DNA of 64,000 nt from Shigella phage vb_GEC_SH_GT, in the sequence record OR887633; one strand, given 5' to 3'. A model generated the notes under the pieces. It saw only the letters and a program-made list of their open reading frames with translations. It searched no databases and had not been told where the DNA came from. Shown in pieces: positions 57,176 through 64,000 of this stretch. The first letter of the stretch is position 1; every line of letters begins with the position of its first letter. Made by a program: the position numbers and the translations under genes.

Positions 57176-59155
57176 ATGACTTTATTATCTCCGGGCATTG
57201 AGCTCAAAGAAACTACGGTTCAAAGCACCGTGGTTAATAACTCTACTGGTACAGCAGCTTTGGCCGGTAAATTCCAGTGGGGTCCTGCTTTTCAAATTAA
57301 ACAGGTTACAAATGAAGTAGATTTAGTTAATACTTTTGGTCAACCTACAGCTGAAACTGCTGACTATTTTATGTCTGCAATGAATTTCTTACAATACGGA
57401 AATGATTTGCGAGTTGTGCGCGCTGTCGATAGAGATACCGCTAAAAACTCATCTCCGATTGCTGGTAATATTGAATACACTATTTCTACCCCAGGTAGTA
57501 ACTACGCGGTTGGAGATAAAATCACAGTTAAGTATGTTTCAGAAGACATTGAAACAGAATGTAAAATTACCGAAGTAGATGCTGATGGAAAAATTAAGAA
57601 AATTAATATTCCTACCGCAAAAATTATCGCTAAAGCGAAAGAAGTAGGCGAATATCCAGAATTAGGTTCTAACTGGACCGCGGAAATTTCTTCGTCTTCC
57701 TCTGGTTTAGCTGCAGTAATAACTCTTGGAAAAATTATTACTGATTCTGGTATTTTATTAGCTGAAATTGAAAATGCCGAAGCTGCCATGACAGCTGTTG
57801 ACTTTCAAGCAAATCTCGAAAAATATGGAATTCCGGGAGTAGTAGCTCTTTATCCAGGCGAGTTGGGCGATAAAATCGAAATTGAAATCGTATCTAAAGC
57901 TGACTACGCAAAAGGTGCTTCTGCATTACTCCCAATTTATCCAGGTGGCGGAACACGCGCATCTACTGCCAAAGCGGTGTTTGGATATGGACCACAAACT
58001 GATTCACAATACGCTATTATAGTTCGTCGCAATGATGCTATTGTTCAAAGCGTTGTTCTTTCAACAAAGCGTGGTGAAAAAGATATTTACGATAGTAACA
58101 TCTATATTGATGACTTTTTCGCAAAAGGCGGTTCAGAATATATTTTCGCAACTGCACAAAACTGGCCAGAAGGCTTCTCTGGAATTTTAACTCTGTCTGG
58201 TGGATTATCATCAAATGCTGAAGTAACAGCAGGAGATTTGATGGAAGCCTGGGACTTCTTTGCTGACCGTGAATCTGTTGATGTTCAGTTGTTTATTGCG
58301 GGTTCTTGCGCAGGCGAATCTTTAGAAACAGCATCTACTGTCCAAAAACACGTCGTTTCAATTGGGGATGCTCGCCAGGATTGCTTAGTATTATGCTCAC
58401 CACCGCGTGAAACTGTAGTTGGAATTCCTGTAACTCGTGCTGTTGATAACTTAGTCAATTGGAGAACTGCAGCAGGTTCATACACTGATAATAACTTTAA
58501 TATCAGTTCAACCTACGCAGCAATTGATGGTAACTACAAATATCAGTATGACAAATATAATGATGTAAATCGCTGGGTTCCATTAGCAGCTGATATTGCT
58601 GGTTTATGTGCAAGAACCGATAACGTTTCTCAGACTTGGATGTCTCCAGCTGGTTATAATCGTGGCCAGATTCTTAACGTTATTAAACTTGCTATTGAAA
58701 CTCGCCAGGCGCAGCGCGATCGTTTATACCAAGAAGCTATCAACCCGGTAACCGGTACAGGTGGTGATGGTTACGTATTATATGGTGATAAAACAGCTAC
58801 TTCTGTTCCTTCTCCATTTGATCGTATTAACGTTCGTCGTCTGTTTAATATGTTGAAAACGAATATCGGACGTAGTTCAAAATATCGTTTGTTCGAATTA
58901 AACAACGCGTTTACTCGTTCATCATTCCGCACAGAAACTGCCCAATACTTACAGGGAATTAAAGCTCTCGGTGGAATTTATGAATATCGTGTAGTTTGCG
59001 ATACAACAAATAACACTCCGTCAGTAATTGATAGAAATGAGTTTGTTGCAACATTCTACATCCAACCGGCTAGAAGCATTAACTACATTACCTTGAACTT
59101 CGTAGCAACTGCTACTGGTGCAGATTTCGATGAGTTAACTGGTCTTGCAGGTTAA
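57176..59155 (+). CDS. 18: Tail sheath protein gp18
   Basis: 659 aa. Confidence 0.92.
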   Translation: MTLLSPGIELKETTVQSTVVNNSTGTAALAGKFQWGPAFQIKQVTNEVDLVNTFGQPTAETADYFMSAMNFLQYGNDLRVVRAVDRDTAKNSSPIAGNIEYTISTPGSNYAVGDKITVKYVSEDIETECKITEVDADGKIKKINIPTAKIIAKAKEVGEYPELGSNWTAEISSSSSGLAAVITLGKIITDSGILLAEIENAEAAMTAVDFQANLEKYGIPGVVALYPGELGDKIEIEIVSKADYAKGASALLPIYPGGGTRASTAKAVFGYGPQTDSQYAIIVRRNDAIVQSVVLSTKRGEKDIYDSNIYIDDFFAKGGSEYIFATAQNWPEGFSGILTLSGGLSSNAEVTAGDLMEAWDFFADRESVDVQLFIAGSCAGESLETASTVQKHVVSIGDARQDCLVLCSPPRETVVGIPVTRAVDNLVNWRTAAGSYTDNNFNISSTYAAIDGNYKYQYDKYNDVNRWVPLAADIAGLCARTDNVSQTWMSPAGYNRGQILNVIKLAIETRQAQRDRLYQEAINPVTGTGGDGYVLYGDKTATSVPSPFDRINVRRLFNMLKTNIGRSSKYRLFELNNAFTRSSFRTETAQYLQGIKALGGIYEYRVVCDTTNNTPSVIDRNEFVATFYIQPARSINYITLNFVATATGADFDELTGLAG

Positions 59156-59171
59156 TACGGTGCATTCTAAA

Positions 59172-59189
59172 GGCCTGTTTCGGCAGGCC
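59172..59189 (+). terminator. Hairpin with UUCG tetraloop after gene 18
   Basis: ggcctgt-ttcg-gcaggcc. Confidence 0.55.
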
Positions 59190-59190
59190 A

Positions 59191-59198
59191 TATAAATA
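59191..59198 (+). promoter_or_regulatory. Late promoter TATAAATA (distal, gene 19)
   Basis: Exact TATAAATA. Confidence 0.55.
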
Positions 59199-59249
59199 CA
59201 CTATATCCTTAATTCTTTAATTCTATATGCCCTAGGTTAAACATAGGGA

Positions 59250-59257
59250 TATAAATA
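59250..59257 (+). promoter_or_regulatory. Late promoter TATAAATA (proximal, gene 19)
   Basis: Exact TATAAATA 15 nt before the gp19 ATG. Confidence 0.6.
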
Positions 59258-59271
59258 CTACAGAGGCTAAT

Positions 59272-59763
59272 ATGTTTGTAGATGATGTAACACGAGCGTT
59301 TGAATCTGGTGATTTTGCTCGACCTAACTTATTCCAAGTAGAAATTTCTTATCTTGGACAAAATTTTACGTTTCAATGTAAAGCCACTGCTTTACCAGCT
59401 GGTATTGTAGAAAAAATTCCAGTCGGATTTATGAACCGTAAAATTAACGTAGCAGGCGATCGTACATTCGATGACTGGACTGTTACAGTAATGAACGATG
59501 AGGCACATGATGCTCGCCAGAAGTTTGTTGACTGGCAAAGCATTGCCGCCGGGCAAGGAAACGAAATTACTGGTGGAAAACCAGCAGAGTATAAAAAGAG
59601 CGCTGTTGTTCGTCAATATGCTCGTGACGCTAAAACTGTAACAAAAGAAGTCGAAATTAAAGGCCTGTGGCCTACTAACGTGGGTGAACTTCAATTAGAT
59701 TGGGATTCAAACAATGAAATCCAAACCTTTGAAGTAACTCTTGCTCTCGATTATTGGGAATAA
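59272..59763 (+). CDS. 19: Tail tube protein gp19
   Basis: 163 aa. Confidence 0.92.
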   Translation: MFVDDVTRAFESGDFARPNLFQVEISYLGQNFTFQCKATALPAGIVEKIPVGFMNRKINVAGDRTFDDWTVTVMNDEAHDARQKFVDWQSIAAGQGNEITGGKPAEYKKSAVVRQYARDAKTVTKEVEIKGLWPTNVGELQLDWDSNNEIQTFEVTLALDYWE

Positions 59764-59770
59764 AATGAAT

Positions 59771-59784
59771 GGGGAGAAATCCCC
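59771..59784 (+). terminator. Hairpin with GAAA tetraloop after gene 19
   Basis: gggga-gaaa-tcccc. Confidence 0.5.
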
Positions 59785-59795
59785 ATCCTGCTTAA

Positions 59796-61420
<1,625 letters not shown>

Positions 61421-61421
<1 letters not shown>

Positions 61422-61666
61422 TGGAAGGTTTAATTGAAGCTATTAAATCAAACGACCTCGTAGCCGCTCGTAAATTATTTGCTGAAGCCATGGCTGCAAG
61501 AACGATTGATTTAATTAAAGAAGAAAAAATCGCTATCGCTCGTAATTTCTTAATCGAAGGTGAAGAACCTGAAGACGAGGATGATGATGACGAAGATAGT
61601 GATGATAAAGACGACAAAAAAGACAAAGACTCTGACGAAGATGACGAAGACGAGGATGATGAATAA
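61421..61666 (+). CDS. 67: Prohead core protein gp67
   Basis: 80 aa with highly acidic Asp/Glu tail. Confidence 0.85.
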
Positions 61667-62091
61667 TGCTTCTGATCCCTGAAACTCATGAATTAGTTCT
61701 CGAGAATGTCGAAGCACTTATTCCTGAAGCACAGGGTCGCTTTGACGAATTGTCTTCTGCTTTAAATAAAGACGATATAAATACAATTGTCGAGAATATG
61801 CTTGATGATGAAACTGATTTAGCAGTTGCATTAGCTTCTATTAATGAAAATATGCCGTTAAATGAATTCATTGTTAAGCATGTTTCAGCTCGTGGTGAAA
61901 TTACACGTACTAAAGACCGCAAAACACGCGAACGTAATGCATTTCAAACCACTGGGCTGTCTAAAGCAAAACGTAGACAAATTGCTCGCAAAGCTACCAA
62001 AACGAAGATTGCCAATCCAGCAGGTCAATCTCGTGCTCAGCGTAAGCGTAAAAAAGCTCTTAAACGCCGTAAAGCATTAGGATTAAGCTAA
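61666..62091 (+). CDS. 68: Prohead core protein gp68
   Basis: 141 aa; basic C-terminus. Confidence 0.85.
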
Positions 62092-62729
62092 TGAATGAAC
62101 CCCAATTACTAATTGAAACTTGGGGTCAACCTGGCGAAATTATTGATGGTGTGCCAATGCTTGAATCCCACGATGGAAAAGACTTAGGTTTAAAACCGGG
62201 TTTATACATCGAAGGAATATTCATGCAAGCGGAAGTCGTCAATAGAAATAAACGTCTTTATCCAAAACGCATATTAGAAAAAGCGGTAAAAGACTATATT
62301 AATGAGCAAGTTTTAACTAAACAAGCTCTCGGAGAATTAAATCATCCTCCACGCGCTAATGTTGACCCGATGCAAGCCGCTATCATTATAGAAGATATGT
62401 GGTGGAAAGGAAATGACGTATACGGACGAGCTCGTGTTATTGAAGGTGACCACGGTCCTGGAGATAAATTAGCAGCTAATATTCGTGCCGGATGGATTCC
62501 AGGAGTTTCTTCTCGTGGATTAGGTTCATTGACTGACACAAATAAAGGTTATCGTATCGTAAACGAAGGATTCAAATTAACTGTAGGTGTTGATGCAGTA
62601 TGGGGTCCAAGTGCTCCAGATGCATGGGTAACTCCTAAGGAAATTACCGAATCACAGACGGCGGAAGCCGATACAAGTGCCGATGACGCCTATATGGCTC
62701 TCGCAGAGGCCATGAAAAAAGCGTTATAA
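62091..62729 (+). CDS. 21: Prohead core protease gp21
   Basis: 212 aa. Confidence 0.9.
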   Translation: MNEPQLLIETWGQPGEIIDGVPMLESHDGKDLGLKPGLYIEGIFMQAEVVNRNKRLYPKRILEKAVKDYINEQVLTKQALGELNHPPRANVDPMQAAIIIEDMWWKGNDVYGRARVIEGDHGPGDKLAANIRAGWIPGVSSRGLGSLTDTNKGYRIVNEGFKLTVGVDAVWGPSAPDAWVTPKEITESQTAEADTSADDAYMALAEAMKKAL

Positions 62730-62759
62730 ATATTATTATCTAAACAACAGGACTACAAA

Positions 62760-63569
62760 ATGCTTAAAGAACAACTGATTGCTGAAGCGCAAAAAATTGA
62801 TGCTTCCGTTGCTCTTGATAGTATTTTCGAATCAGTTAATATTTCTCCGGAAGCAAAAGAAACTTTCGGCACTGTATTCGAAGCTACCGTCAAGCAGCAC
62901 GCCGTTAAATTAGCTGAATCTCATATCGCTAAAATTGCTGAAAAAGCAGAAGAAGAAGTAGAAAAAAATAAAGAAGAAGCCGAAGAAAAAGCTGAGAAGA
63001 AAATCGCTGAGCAAGCTTCTAAATTCATCGACCATCTTGCGAAAGAATGGCTCGCTGAAAATAAATTAGCAGTTGATAAAGGCATCAAAGCCGAACTGTT
63101 TGAATCCATGCTTGGTGGATTAAAAGAGCTCTTTGTTGAACACAACGTTGTTGTTCCAGAAGAATCAGTTGATGTTGTGGCTGAAATGGAAGAAGAGCTG
63201 CAAGAACATAAAGAAGAATCAGCTCGTCTGTTCGAAGAACTCAATATGCGCGACGCATATATTAATTATGTGCAGCGTGAAGTGGCATTGAGCGAAAGTA
63301 CTAAAGATCTGACTGAGTCTCAAAAAGAAAAAGTCTCTGCTCTGGTCGAAGGTATGGATTATTCAGATGAATTCTCAAATAAATTGAGTGCCATCGTAGA
63401 AATGGTGAAGAAGTCTAATAAAGATGAAAGCACTATTACTGAGGGTATAAATACTCCTGATACTGAAGCAGCCGGACTGAATTTCGTCACTGAAGCTGTA
63501 GAAGATAAAGCTGCACCTGGTGCAGAAGATATTGTAAGTGTATATGCGAAAGTCGCATCTCGTTTCTAA
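62760..63569 (+). CDS. 22: Prohead scaffolding core protein gp22
   Basis: 269 aa helical acidic scaffold. Confidence 0.9.
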   Translation: MLKEQLIAEAQKIDASVALDSIFESVNISPEAKETFGTVFEATVKQHAVKLAESHIAKIAEKAEEEVEKNKEEAEEKAEKKIAEQASKFIDHLAKEWLAENKLAVDKGIKAELFESMLGGLKELFVEHNVVVPEESVDVVAEMEEELQEHKEESARLFEELNMRDAYINYVQREVALSESTKDLTESQKEKVSALVEGMDYSDEFSNKLSAIVEMVKKSNKDESTITEGINTPDTEAAGLNFVTEAVEDKAAPGAEDIVSVYAKVASRF

Positions 63570-63587
63570 TTTTAAAGGTTAACACAA

Positions 63588-64000
63588 ATGACTATCAAAA
63601 CTAAAGCTGAACTTTTGAACAAATGGAAGCCATTACTGGAAGGTGAAGGTTTACCGGAAATTGCTAATAGCAAACAAGCGATTATCGCTAAAATCTTTGA
63701 AAACCAGGAAAAAGATTTCCAGACAGCTCCAGAGTACAAAGACGAAAAAATCGCTCAGGCGTTCGGTTCTTTCTTAACAGAAGCTGAAATCGGTGGTGAC
63801 CACGGTTACAACGCTACTAACATCGCTGCTGGTCAGACTTCTGGCGCAGTAACTCAGATTGGCCCAGCTGTTATGGGTATGGTACGTCGTGCTATTCCTA
63901 ACCTGATTGCTTTCGATATTTGCGGTGTTCAGCCGATGAATAGCCCGACCGGTCAGGTATTCGCACTGCGTGCTGTATACGGTAAAGACCCAATCGCTGC
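63588..64000 (+). CDS. 23: Major capsid protein gp23, N-terminal part (runs past window end)
   Basis: MTIKTKAELLNKWKPLLEGEGLPEIANSKQAIIAKIFENQEKDFQ... matches the recalled gp23 N-terminus. Confidence 0.92.
   Translation, partial: MTIKTKAELLNKWKPLLEGEGLPEIANSKQAIIAKIFENQEKDFQTAPEYKDEKIAQAFGSFLTEAEIGGDHGYNATNIAAGQTSGAVTQIGPAVMGMVRRAIPNLIAFDICGVQPMNSPTGQVFALRAVYGKDPIA

Overview
This window is a T4-like (Tevenvirinae) myovirus genome segment, densely coding and with no CRISPR or rRNA. Positions 1-36539 carry early/middle genes on the minus strand: gene 55 (partial), nrdH-nrdG-nrdD (nrdD is one uninterrupted ORF), gene 49, nrdC, eleven unknown 'nrdC.x'-position ORFs, a mobD-like HNH endonuclease, rI, tk, regB, denV, lysozyme e, nudE, a 9-tRNA cluster flanked by a second HNH endonuclease, internal-protein genes, acb1 (57B), 57A, and genes 1, 3, 2, 4. 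Positions 36587-64000 carry late structural genes on the plus strand: 53, 5, 5.4, 6-12, wac, 13-19, 20, 67, 68, 21, 22 and the start of 23. Gene names come from motifs visible in the sequence plus recalled T4 protein sequences and gene order; no database search was run. The most interesting unexplained content is in the accessory blocks: a tandem array of four paralog-like 300-340 aa proteins, a P-loop ATPase plus Pol-beta-type nucleotidyltransferase pair, three tandem two-TM membrane proteins next to a coiled-coil protein, four internal-protein genes each with a capsid-targeting leader, a macro-domain protein, a GrcA-like glycyl-radical protein and a family of ~60 aa paralogs. Early promoters (GTTTAC -35), late promoters (TATAAATA) and UUCG/GNRA hairpins punctuate the window.
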